Origin: Novosphingobium sp.
Lineage (GTDB): Bacteria > Pseudomonadota > Alphaproteobacteria > Sphingomonadales > Sphingomonadaceae
Assembly (NCBI RefSeq): GCF_965228995.1
Contig: NZ_OZ245852.1
Location: forward strand, 2,205,493-2,269,492
Direction: 5' to 3'
DNA length: 64,000 nt
Shown: positions 25,584-34,663 of the stretch, in pieces
Layout of the letters: each line of letters starts with the position of its first letter
Position numbering within the stretch: the first letter of the stretch is position 1
Translations under genes and position numbers: made by a program
The notes under the pieces: generated by a model
What the model was told of the DNA's origin: nothing
Databases searched by the model: none
Seen by the model: only the letters and a program-made list of their open reading frames with translations

Positions 25584-27904
25584 AGTCTCCAACCGGCTTC
25601 GAGCAGGAACGTGCGCTGGGGATAGGGGTGGAATACCCACGCGCGGTCGTTGGTGAGATTGTCGACGCCTGCCGAAACACGCAGTTGTTCGGTCAGTTGC
25701 CAGTTTAGCCGTAGATCCAGTGCGAAGAGCTCGGAGGTGAAGCCGAACGTGTCGCCGCGCTGCTGGCCGAAGAGATCCGTATTGGGGCGGCTGGCGTAGC
25801 GCAGCCCGAGCGAGCCTTGCAGCGTGCGCGTCAGGTCGTAGCGGAGGTTGGCGTTGACCCGCCATTTGGGAATGCGCGGGAATTGCACGCCTTCTGCCGC
25901 CGATGCGGCGGCATTCCGCAAGGTCCTGGAATCGATGTAGGCCGCGTTGAAATCGATGTTCATGCCCTCGACCGGCCAATTGTGCGTCTCGGCAATGCCT
26001 TCGAAGCCGAACTGGCGGGTGAGATCGATGTTCTTGAACGAGGAGGTCGTCACCCCGTTCTGGTTGAAGCCGACGAAAGAGAAGATGGTGTCGTTCACGC
26101 GCTGGAAAAAGGCCGAACCAGTGAGCTTCACCCAGCCAAAATCGTGTGCGACAACGAGGTTGGCATCCTTGCTGCGCTCCGGCTTCAGCGCGGGATCGAA
26201 GCTGTCGGGATTGAAGCTGCCGTCGCCGTTGAGGCTGCCCTGGAACAGTTCGCCCACGGTAGGGTAGCGCGTGGCCATGGCGAGGCTGAGCTGCAGCGAG
26301 GTTCCATCGCCGAGGCGGTACTCGAACGACAGGCTGCCATTCACCCCGTCGCTGCTGCGCGCGGCATAGGCATTGGCGACAGGCTGGCCCGCCAGCGGCC
26401 CCGTGCCGAGCCGCGCCAGCCCACCATCATACGCGCGCCAGTTGTCATACCGGGCACCGAGCGTGACGGTGAGCGGATCGAGGAACACTTGCGCCTCGCC
26501 CCAGGCCGAGAGCTGCCGGGTCTTGCCGAAGGTGCGTGAGGCGAAGGTCTTGCCCGCAGCACTGGACCAGTCGGCCAGATTGGAGCGGGTCTGATCGGTG
26601 CGATAGGCATTGGCGGTAACTCCCAGCGCGAGGGCGCGGCGGCTTGTCTTGTTTTCCAGCGTGAGATCGCCAGTCCACCAGCCGGTCGGGCCTTGCGCCG
26701 CCAGAGTGCCGCTGCCGCGGTTCTGGCCTGCGAGATAGCCGTTCGAGGTGAAAACGTCGGTGCGCGGGACCTGATAGGTCGAGATGGCGAGGCGCGCGGT
26801 GGTGTTATCCCCGATGGGCGCGGCGAGCTTGAGCCCGGCAAGGTACTCGTCACGCAGCGTCCGCGACCAGTTGGCGCCCGAGGCGGTGTAGCTCTGCCCG
26901 CCAATGCTCACGCGCCCTTCGCAAACGGCATTGCCTGCCGCATCGCGCAAGTAGCAGTCCGGCGCGGTCTGGCTGTCCTCGTTGTGCCAGAAGGCGAAGA
27001 GGAACTGGCCGGTCACTTGGCCGTCATCGTAGCCGATCTTGAGCTTGGCCTGCTCCTGCGTGATCTTTGCCGGCGATTGTGCCGCGAAATAGGGATTTGT
27101 GGCGTTGCCCGGCGCGCCGGGGATGCCCGTTCCTGCGGCGGTAGCACGAACGTGTTCGGGATCCACGATTGCTCCGGTGACCGGTGTTCCGCCTGAGCCC
27201 TTGGCCGGCACAAGGCCGAGGAAAGTCATCGGCTGCCCGGTGTTGCGGAAATAGCGGCCCGTCAGGCGCAGCGACCAGGGGCCGGCCTTCTGCTTGAGGC
27301 CGATACCGGCCTCGGCCGAGAACCCGTAGTAGTCATCGTGCGTCGCGAACTGGCGGTAAGGCTGGACGAAGCCCTGCACGGTCGCAAAAGCCTCTGTCCG
27401 CTCCGGATCGCGCGTTGTGATGTTGACAATGCCGCCCATCGAATTGCCGATGTAGCGCGACGAGTAAGGGCCGTAGACCACATCGAACTGCTTGACCTCG
27501 CCCGGGCCGACCACGCCCCACTTGGGCGCAAACGAGAAGCTGTTGCCGAGGAAATTAGAGACGACGAAGCCGTCGACCATCACCAGCGTGCGCGCGCTCT
27601 GTGTCGAGTGCGTGCCCCGAAATCCGGGGACGCCGTTGCTGTCACCGGCATAGCGTTTGCGCACGAAGAAGTCGGGCGCGTACTTGATCAGGTCTTCGGT
27701 GTTGAAGGCGTTCACGGCCTCGAGTTGCTCGGCGCCCAGGCTGACAGTGAGCCCACGAGGCGCGATCTCGATCGGAGCATCGCGCTGGCCGACGACGAGG
27801 ATCGAGGATTGCGGCGCTTCGGTGTCGGGGGTGCTGGTGTCCTGCGCCCGTGCGGACGCGGAGAAGCTCAGCGCAAGGCTGAGCGCAATCAGGGATGTCT
27901 TCAT
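25580..27904 (-). CDS. TonB-dependent outer-membrane receptor
   Basis: About 775 aa with a signal peptide (MKTSLIALSLALSFSASARAQD) and plug and barrel regions (LVMVDGFVVSNFLG...). Its neighbourhood with PepSY and DUF2946 genes fits a metal-uptake receptor. Confidence 0.9.
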   Translation of the reverse strand: MKTSLIALSLALSFSASARAQDTSTPDTEAPQSSILVVGQRDAPIEIAPRGLTVSLGAEQLEAVNAFNTEDLIKYAPDFFVRKRYAGDSNGVPGFRGTHSTQSARTLVMVDGFVVSNFLGNSFSFAPKWGVVGPGEVKQFDVVYGPYSSRYIGNSMGGIVNITTRDPERTEAFATVQGFVQPYRQFATHDDYYGFSAEAGIGLKQKAGPWSLRLTGRYFRNTGQPMTFLGLVPAKGSGGTPVTGAIVDPEHVRATAAGTGIPGAPGNATNPYFAAQSPAKITQEQAKLKIGYDDGQVTGQFLFAFWHNEDSQTAPDCYLRDAAGNAVCEGRVSIGGQSYTASGANWSRTLRDEYLAGLKLAAPIGDNTTARLAISTYQVPRTDVFTSNGYLAGQNRGSGTLAAQGPTGWWTGDLTLENKTSRRALALGVTANAYRTDQTRSNLADWSSAAGKTFASRTFGKTRQLSAWGEAQVFLDPLTVTLGARYDNWRAYDGGLARLGTGPLAGQPVANAYAARSSDGVNGSLSFEYRLGDGTSLQLSLAMATRYPTVGELFQGSLNGDGSFNPDSFDPALKPERSKDANLVVAHDFGWVKLTGSAFFQRVNDTIFSFVGFNQNGVTTSSFKNIDLTRQFGFEGIAETHNWPVEGMNIDFNAAYIDSRTLRNAAASAAEGVQFPRIPKWRVNANLRYDLTRTLQGSLGLRYASRPNTDLFGQQRGDTFGFTSELFALDLRLNWQLTEQLRVSAGVDNLTNDRAWVFHPYPQRTFLLEAGWRL

Positions 27905-27996
27905 GAAACGGGTATCCGGCATGGCCCACATGCGCCTCAACGGGCGCGGGGCGATCTGTCAGGGGGCCTCGCTCAGGGGCGAGGCCGCTCAATCTG

Positions 27997-28389
27997 TCAG
28001 ATCAGCGCCGGTGGTCCGCGTAGTGGCGGGCGGGCGTGGGTAAAGCCTGCAAGGATCGGTGTGCGTACGGGCGCAAATCCGAGCAGGAGCAGGAACGCGA
28101 TCGCCAGAGCAACGAATGCGGGAAGCCCTGCATCGAGCGAGGCAAAGGAAAGCGAGGCGTAAGGGCAGGCCGCGCTGGTCCTGGCCTTGCCCTCGGCCTT
28201 TCCGGGAATCGTGATCTGCTTGGTCAGATGGTCGCCAGAGACGTCACCGCAAATGAGGATCGTCAGCGCCTTTTCCTGGGTGCCAATCATGTATCCGGTG
28301 GGCACCAGGGCCTTGATCACGAGCGCTAACGCGACCAGCGCCATGGCCAGCCGGAAGTGGTCGCGGAGAAATGCGCGAAGAGCCCCCAT
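27997..28389 (-). CDS. DUF2946-family small membrane/periplasmic protein
   Basis: 130 aa with an N-terminal TM, two conserved Cys (ILICGD, AACPYAS) and a Pro/Arg C-terminus (RPPLRGPPALI). DUF2946 proteins usually precede TonB-receptor/PepSY pairs. Confidence 0.6.
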   Translation of the reverse strand: MGALRAFLRDHFRLAMALVALALVIKALVPTGYMIGTQEKALTILICGDVSGDHLTKQITIPGKAEGKARTSAACPYASLSFASLDAGLPAFVALAIAFLLLLGFAPVRTPILAGFTHARPPLRGPPALI

Positions 28390-28698
28390 AGGAAAGTCAT
28401 AGGCGTACAGCGCCAGTCTGTCACCCTGTTTGGATACCGGAAGGTTCGGTTGTCTCTGCGATCGCGGCCTGGCGGATATCGACTAGGTGGACTGTGTCCT
28501 TGTCGAAGGCTTTGTAATAGCTCGGAGACTTGGTCGGCACCGGAGTTTTTTTGAGCAAGCTCGCCCAGCCTTGCCTCGTGTGCCGCAGCGCCCGCCTCAC
28601 GGACCTGCTGCCATGGTCCGTTTCGGCGTGCCGGGCGCTTGTCAACCGCGCATCAAGCTGCAACCAAGGTGCGTGGGGCGGGGGATCGGGATCACTGC

Positions 28699-29790
28699 AT
28701 GGCTGACGAGTCCGGAGCGGGGAAAGATTTCGTCGGCGATTTCGTCTTTGATGGGACCTTGCGCGAGTTTGCGGGGATCGCCTTCGTCAATCTGCTGCTC
28801 ACGATTGCCACTCTCGGCCTCTACCGGTTCTGGGCGACGACGCGGGTACGCCGCTACTTGTGGTCGCGCACCGCGATCATGGGAGATCGCCTTGAATGGT
28901 CGGGCACTGGGCAGGAATTGTTCCGCAGCGCGGTCATGGCCTTGTTGCTGGTACTGCTGCCGCTCGCGATGGCAAACCTGCTGATCCGGTATCTGATGAC
29001 CCATGACTATACGGTCCCGGGCCAGATCCTTTCGCTTGTCGTCTTGCTCCTCTTCTACACACTGGCCGGCACCGCCATCTTCCGGGGCCTGCGCTACCGG
29101 CTCTCACGCACCACCTGGCGCGGCATTCGCGGGGGCAGTCACGATCAGGGCATTGCGTTTGGCCTTGCCTATACCTGGAAGAATCTCCTCGGCCTGCTTC
29201 CCCTCGGGGTGCTGTTTCCCTGGGCCATGGCCAGCCTGTGGAACCAGCGCTGGAATGCCATGAGTTTCGGACCCTACCCGTTCGTCGCGCGAGGCAGGGT
29301 GCGCGGGCTGTGGCTGCCCTATCTCTGGTGTTACATCGCGCCGATCGTGGTCACCGGCCTTGTCCTGTTCGCACTGCGGTCGGGTGCGACGCTCACTCTG
29401 TTCGGCTATGAACCACGCAGCCCGCTCGAATGGGTGTTGATCCGTCTGCCCGCGCTCTTTGGCCTGATCCTGCTGTTCTCGCTGATCACGCTGGCCTACT
29501 ACGCCAGCTTCTTCCGCCAGATGGTCGGCAGCACGACGCTCGGCGAGGTCAACTTCCGTTTCAACGCCGGCGCGCTCGACTGGATGGAGTTATATCTCGT
29601 CGACGTGCTGCTGGTGGTTTTCACGCTGGGGATCGGATCCATTTTCATCAGCTATCGGCACTGGGTCTTCTACTTGCGCCATGTGCAAACCGATGGCGGA
29701 ATTGAAACCGATGCAATGACGCAATCGACCACACCGGCACCCCGGCAGGGCGAAGGCCTGCTGGATGCTTTCGATATGGGGGCTCTTTGA
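28699..29790 (+). CDS. DUF898 (YjgN-like) polytopic inner-membrane protein
   Basis: Repeated FxxxxLxTxxTLG(I/L)YxxW-type motifs (FVNLLLTIATLGLYRFWATTRVRRY; FTLGIGSIFISYRHWVFY) across multiple TM segments. The ORF opens at 28639; MADESG at 28699 is a plausible start. Confidence 0.65.
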   Translation: MADESGAGKDFVGDFVFDGTLREFAGIAFVNLLLTIATLGLYRFWATTRVRRYLWSRTAIMGDRLEWSGTGQELFRSAVMALLLVLLPLAMANLLIRYLMTHDYTVPGQILSLVVLLLFYTLAGTAIFRGLRYRLSRTTWRGIRGGSHDQGIAFGLAYTWKNLLGLLPLGVLFPWAMASLWNQRWNAMSFGPYPFVARGRVRGLWLPYLWCYIAPIVVTGLVLFALRSGATLTLFGYEPRSPLEWVLIRLPALFGLILLFSLITLAYYASFFRQMVGSTTLGEVNFRFNAGALDWMELYLVDVLLVVFTLGIGSIFISYRHWVFYLRHVQTDGGIETDAMTQSTTPAPRQGEGLLDAFDMGAL

Positions 29791-30878
29791 TGACCGCCGA
29801 GATCGACGCGGGTACCGAGGCCGTCGCCGCCTGGCTCTATGACGGTTTCACCGCCAACCGCCACCTCGTTACCGCTGAGGTGGATAGGGAAGGTCTTGCG
29901 CTCACTGGCGCGGATCTGGCCGACCACGTTCCCTGGATCAGCCTCACTGCGATCGATATCTTGCCCGAAGGCATCCGGCTTGGTCGCAGCGACCGGCCGG
30001 GGTGGCGCCTCATCGTTCCTGCCGATGCTCCGCCGGCGCTTCTGGCGCGCCTGCCGGCCCCGCCGCGCTATGGCCGCTGGATTGACCGGTTCGGCTTCTT
30101 CCCGATGCTGCTGGTCTTTGCGCTCATCAGTAGCGGGGTTGCCTACGTTGCGGTCAATACGCCCAATTGGCTCGGCCAACGTCTGCCGGTATCCTGGGAA
30201 ACCGGAATGAGCGACGATGGCCTCAAGGATCTCGCTGCCAACACCTGCCACACGCCCGAAAGCGATGCCGCGCTCGCGGCGCTCGTGGCAGAGCTCGATG
30301 AGGCTCCCTCCGGCGGTGATCAGGCCACCATCAGGATCGAGCTGATCAAGGCCGATATCGCCAACGCCGTTGCTCTTCCGGGCGGGCACGTGCTGCTCTT
30401 CGATGGTCTCGCCGAAGGGCTCGATTCCCCTGACGCACTTGCCGGCGTCATCGGGCACGAGATCGGGCACGTCCGCAAGCGCCACGTCATGCAGGCCATG
30501 CTGCGCGAATTCGGGATCTCGATGGTGCTCAGCGGCCTCAAGTCCGGGGTGACCAACACGCTCGGCCGAATGGCCACGCTGCGCTATTCGCGCGAGGCGG
30601 AGACCGAGGCGGACCAGTTCGCCCGCACCCGCCTCTCCGCCGCCGCCATCTCACCCATGCCTACCGCGCGGTTCTTCGAGACGCTTGCCGAACAGGACAG
30701 GAGCGAGGGCCTGGCTACGGCCGCCTACCTCAACAGCCATCCCGATCCTGCTGCGCGGGGCGCTGCTTTTCGCGAAGCGTATCGCCGCAACATTGCGTAC
30801 CGTCCCGCCTTGGATGCAGCTGGCTTTCGCGCCATCCAGCTCGCTTGTGCCAAGGATCGGGGCGCCAAGCCGCTCTAG
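29787..30878 (+). CDS. M48-family zinc metalloprotease (HtpX/Ste24-like) with an N-terminal extension
   Basis: HEXXH zinc motif HEIGHVRKRH with a downstream E (EADQFA) and one TM. It overlaps the DUF898 stop by 4 bp. Confidence 0.85.
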   Translation: MMTAEIDAGTEAVAAWLYDGFTANRHLVTAEVDREGLALTGADLADHVPWISLTAIDILPEGIRLGRSDRPGWRLIVPADAPPALLARLPAPPRYGRWIDRFGFFPMLLVFALISSGVAYVAVNTPNWLGQRLPVSWETGMSDDGLKDLAANTCHTPESDAALAALVAELDEAPSGGDQATIRIELIKADIANAVALPGGHVLLFDGLAEGLDSPDALAGVIGHEIGHVRKRHVMQAMLREFGISMVLSGLKSGVTNTLGRMATLRYSREAETEADQFARTRLSAAAISPMPTARFFETLAEQDRSEGLATAAYLNSHPDPAARGAAFREAYRRNIAYRPALDAAGFRAIQLACAKDRGAKPL

Positions 30879-30998
30879 CCATTTCGCCACTGCGGTCGGA
30901 AATGCGTAGCCCCGATGACCGGTTCCGCTGGAAGGTCGCCCCTGCCGGGTCTAGAATGATCCCGGCCGCGCGATCATGCGGCGGCACCGGGGTGTAAC

Positions 30999-33002
30999 AT
31001 GGACGAATTGTTCTGGTATGCGGCATGTGCCGCAGCGCTTCTTGCTTTCATTTTCCTGATCTGGGTTTCCGGCGTCATCCGCTACGTCGGCAACAACAGG
31101 GTCGCCATCGTCGAAAAGCTCTGGAGCGGCAGCGGCTCGATCACCGGCGGCCTCATCGCGCTCGGCGGCGAAGCAGGCTTTCAGCCTGAAGTGCTGCGCG
31201 GCGGCTTTCACTTCTTCGTGCCGTTCCAGTACCGGGTGCACATCCAGTCGCTGGTGACCATCCCGCAAGGGCAGATCGGCTATGTCTTCGCCCGCGACGG
31301 CCAGCCGCTGGGCCCCACGCAAACGCTCGCCAGCAATATCACTGCCGGCGATTTCCTCGATGTGCGCGCCTTCCTCACCTCTGGCGGGCAGAAGGGCCCG
31401 CAGCGCGCGATCCTGCGTGAAGGCACGTATGCGATTAATCTCGCCCAGTTCGTGATCATCACGCGCGAGCGCATCTACGGCCTGTTGATGGAAGCAGCCG
31501 ACGCCGCGTTGTTCACGGAAATGGCCAACGTGATCCAGAGCCGCTCGGGCTTCGACGCTGTCGTGATCAAGGATGCGGATGATGTCATCGGCATTGTCAC
31601 TGTCCACGATGGCCCCGCGCTTCCCTCGGACCAGATCATCGCCCCTTCCGTGGGTGCCGATCCGCACAATGCGGCGACCTTCCACAACAGCTTCCAGGAT
31701 CCGGAGAAGTTCATCGCCGCCGGTGGCTGCCGTGGCCGCCAGCTGCAGGTGCTTGTCGAGGGCAGCTATTTCATCAACCGCCTCTTCGCCACGGTCGAGA
31801 AGGTCCGCAAGACGATTGTCGAGGTCGGCCATGTCGGCGTCGTGATCTCCTATACCGGGGAAGCCGGAGCCGATACCTCGGGCTCGGAATACCGCCACGG
31901 CGAGCTCGTCGCCCGCGGCAATCGCGGCGTGTGGAGCGAACCCCTGCTGCCCGGCAAGTACGCGTTCAACACGTATGCCGCCGGCATTCTGATGGTCCCC
32001 ACCACCAACTTCATCCTGAAGTGGGACCAGTCCAACGTCGGTCCGCACAAGTTCGACGAGAACCTTTCGGAAGTCTCGCTCATCACCAAGGACGCGTTCG
32101 AGCCGATCCTCCCCCTCTCGGTCGTCGTCCATATCGACTACCGCAAGGCGCCGCTCGTCGTGCAGCGCTTCGGCGATATCAAGCGTCTTGTCGAACAGAC
32201 GCTCGATCCGATGGTTTCGGCCTACTTCAAGAACATCGCCCAGAAGCGCACCCTGATCGAGCTGCTGCAGGAGCGCAGCGACATCCAGGAGCTTTCGGGC
32301 ACCGAGATGCGCAGCAAGTTCGCCGCCTACAATCTCGAACTGCAGGAAGTGCTGATCGGCACCCCGCGCGCCGCGCAGGGCAATGACCAGATCGAGCAGA
32401 TTCTCCAGCAGCTGCGCCAGCGCCAGCTGGCCGACGAGAAGGTGGGCACTTACGAGCGCCAGGTCATCGCGGCCCAGAAGGAGCGCGAATTGCGCGAGGC
32501 CGAGGCGCAAGCCAAGCAGCAGACTGCAATCACCGAATCCGTCCTTTCCATTCAGGTGCAGGAGAACCAGGGCAAGGCCAACCTCGCCCGCTCACAACAG
32601 GAAGCCGCACAGACCCGCACGCTTGCGCAGGCCGAGGCGGACCGCATCCAGCTGCTGGGCGAAGGCGAGGCGAAGAAGGTTGTCGCTCTGGCCTCTGCCG
32701 AGGCGGAAAAGGTCACCAAGGTCGGACTCGCGCAGGCAGAGGCGATCGAGAAGCAGGCGGCTGCCTCCGGCGGTGCGCGCTATCAGCTCACCCGCCAGAT
32801 TGCCGAACGTTTTGCTGAAGCTCTCGAGAAGTCGGGTGTCGACATCGTCCCGCGTATCCAGGTCTCGACCGGCGGGGGCAGCGGGTCCGATCCATCCGCG
32901 ATGGGCGGCCCGCTGCTCCAGACCCTGATGGCCATGCTCGTCGCAGAGCGTGCCGAAACGCTGGTGCCGTCCGATAAGGCCGGGACGAAGGCGGACGCGT
33001 AA
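30999..33002 (+). CDS. flotillin-family SPFH/band-7 protein (YqiK-like) with a long C-terminal coiled coil
   Basis: 667 aa with an N-terminal TM (AACAAALLAFIFLIWVSGVI) and an SPFH domain. The Ala/Glu/Gln-rich coiled-coil tail (..EAEAQAKQQTAITESV..AQAEADRIQLLGEGEAKK..) is typical of bacterial flotillins. The opposite-strand 519-aa ORF is low-complexity and treated as spurious. Confidence 0.85.
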   Translation: MDELFWYAACAAALLAFIFLIWVSGVIRYVGNNRVAIVEKLWSGSGSITGGLIALGGEAGFQPEVLRGGFHFFVPFQYRVHIQSLVTIPQGQIGYVFARDGQPLGPTQTLASNITAGDFLDVRAFLTSGGQKGPQRAILREGTYAINLAQFVIITRERIYGLLMEAADAALFTEMANVIQSRSGFDAVVIKDADDVIGIVTVHDGPALPSDQIIAPSVGADPHNAATFHNSFQDPEKFIAAGGCRGRQLQVLVEGSYFINRLFATVEKVRKTIVEVGHVGVVISYTGEAGADTSGSEYRHGELVARGNRGVWSEPLLPGKYAFNTYAAGILMVPTTNFILKWDQSNVGPHKFDENLSEVSLITKDAFEPILPLSVVVHIDYRKAPLVVQRFGDIKRLVEQTLDPMVSAYFKNIAQKRTLIELLQERSDIQELSGTEMRSKFAAYNLELQEVLIGTPRAAQGNDQIEQILQQLRQRQLADEKVGTYERQVIAAQKERELREAEAQAKQQTAITESVLSIQVQENQGKANLARSQQEAAQTRTLAQAEADRIQLLGEGEAKKVVALASAEAEKVTKVGLAQAEAIEKQAAASGGARYQLTRQIAERFAEALEKSGVDIVPRIQVSTGGGSGSDPSAMGGPLLQTLMAMLVAERAETLVPSDKAGTKADA

Positions 33003-33016
33003 CACTGTCTCGCGAT

Positions 33017-33061
33017 GAGGCCCGGGTGCCAGCCTTGCGCTGCATCCGGGCCCTCTTTTTT
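33017..33061 (+). terminator. Rho-independent terminator after the flotillin gene
   Basis: A GC-rich stem GAGGCCCGG...CCGGGCCCTC is followed by TTTTTT, 15 nt after the stop codon. Confidence 0.55.
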
Positions 33062-33170
33062 CGCGCGGTATAGATGCAGCGGTCTGCGAGGCGCTGCGGG
33101 GTGTTGACCACGCTCGGCTTCCGTGCCCCGAAGCTCGTTCAAGAGCAGATCTTCAGGATTTTAAGTCGCA

Positions 33171-34001
33171 ATGAATTATCGCCATTCCTTCCATGCGGGC
33201 AATAGCGCCGACGTCGTGAAGCACAGCCTGCTGATCGCGCTCGTGCGGGCCTTGCAGCAGAAGCAGGGCGCGCTGACCCTGATCGACACCCATGCCGGTT
33301 GCGGTCTTTATGACCTTGGCGGCGAGGAGGCCCAGCGGACGGGCGAGTCCACGCAGGGCGTGCTGCAGGCGTTTGCTGACTCCAATCCCTTGCTCAACGA
33401 CTACCGCGCTGCAGTTCAGGCAGTGAATGCCGCGGATGAGCCGCGCTTCTACCCGGGCTCCCCTCGAATTCTCGCGCAGCTTCTGCGCCCGCATGATTTC
33501 CTGATCCTCAACGAAAAGCATCCCGAGGACGCCTCTGCCTTGCGGGGCGCGATGCGTGGCACACCCGCTGCGGTGCATGAGCGCGATGCCTACGAGTTTT
33601 GGCTGGCGCTGCTGCCGACCCGAACGCCGCGCGGTGTGGTGGTGGTAGACCCGCCATATGAGCAGCTGGACGAACGCGCCCGGATCACTGCCACGCTCGC
33701 CGCCGCTCACCGCAAATGGGCGCATGGCGTGACGGTGATCTGGTATCCGCTGAAAGACCGCGCCACGCACTCGCGGTGGAAGGAGCAGTTGCGGGCGCTT
33801 GGCATCCCGAAAATGCTGGGGGTCGAGCATTGGCTGTACGATGCCGATCAGCCCGGCATTTATAACGGCGCGGGCCTTTTTTTCGTCAATCCGCCCTACG
33901 CCTTCACGCAGGCACTGCCGCCTCTGCTGGAAGCCCTGCGTGCCGCACTGGCTCCGGAAGGGCATAGCGGCGAAATCACCGCCCATTGGTTGCGCGACTG
34001 A
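33171..34001 (+). CDS. rlmJ: 23S rRNA (adenine2030-N6)-methyltransferase RlmJ
   Basis: The N-terminus MNYRHSFHAGNSADVVKHSLL closely matches the conserved RlmJ start, and the size (276 aa) fits. Confidence 0.9.
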   Translation: MNYRHSFHAGNSADVVKHSLLIALVRALQQKQGALTLIDTHAGCGLYDLGGEEAQRTGESTQGVLQAFADSNPLLNDYRAAVQAVNAADEPRFYPGSPRILAQLLRPHDFLILNEKHPEDASALRGAMRGTPAAVHERDAYEFWLALLPTRTPRGVVVVDPPYEQLDERARITATLAAAHRKWAHGVTVIWYPLKDRATHSRWKEQLRALGIPKMLGVEHWLYDADQPGIYNGAGLFFVNPPYAFTQALPPLLEALRAALAPEGHSGEITAHWLRD

Positions 34002-34039
34002 CATTTCCTCCTCGCAGGTAGCGGCGGAGCTGCCACAGC

Positions 34040-34660
34040 AGGTGTGCGCATCGCTCTGGTAGCGAAGCCGCAACTTGATCGGCGATGCCACTGAGCGTTC
34101 GCAAGCTGAATTGTGGTTAAAGCACGACTTTGCCGGCCAGCGATGACAGAGCACTCTCGAAGATTTGAAGCGCGATAAAAGCTGGCCCAGTCTGATTTCG
34201 ATTATATTTCAGCGATGCTAACTGCGGTTATAGTATTGCTGGTAGGACAGCATTTACACTCAATGTCACTGATTTATATCAGGAATAATCATGCCGGTAG
34301 CGCTGCTGGTTAACGCTCAGTCTTAATCGCATCATGAAATTACGGCTATTCAATCGGCACGTAACGCGGAATACTCGTACCGCACTCAACGCTGATTCGT
34401 TTCAGCCGCGTAACGCGGTTCTGTTGGCAGGTGCCAATTGCGTGGTCGCAATGATCCAAGGGAGCGTCCGGCGAATTTTCGCTCTCCCTTTGATCATTCG
34501 AGAACCGAACCACCTAACTCCGTCGTCGTCGTCACGAGAATGATGTTCATTCCCGGTGTCCTCAATCCGATGCAGGCTTGGACTTATTCAAGACATGGGT
34601 CAGGCGATAAGTGCCTGAATGGCCGCAATGTACGACCCGAGAAACTTCACAAGGGAGATG
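34040..34660 (+). promoter_or_regulatory. long AT-rich non-coding leader upstream of the GH25 gene pair
   Basis: About 600 bp with no convincing ORF and visibly low GC. It carries a direct repeat CGTAACGCGG (34360..34369 and 34409..34418) and a terminator-like hairpin (34459..34495, AGGGAGCG-loop-CGCTCTCCCT then TTTGATCATT). Confidence 0.45.
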
Positions 34661-34663
34661 GAA

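Noticed and set aside
24112-25680. 522-aa alternative-frame ORF overlapping the PepSY_TM gene
   Set aside because: Its composition is Arg/Gly/Ala-rich. The other frame encodes a coherent four-TM PepSY-associated protein that is translationally coupled to the TonB receptor.
30951-32510. 519-aa minus-strand ORF opposite the flotillin gene
   Set aside because: Its product is a leucine and charge-rich low-complexity sequence with no domain signature. The plus-strand product has a clear SPFH domain, TM segment and coiled coil.
33171-34001. Possibility that rlmJ belongs to the low-GC islet
   Set aside because: Its codon composition looks like the GC-rich background and it is a conserved housekeeping gene. 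The composition shift begins after its stop codon.
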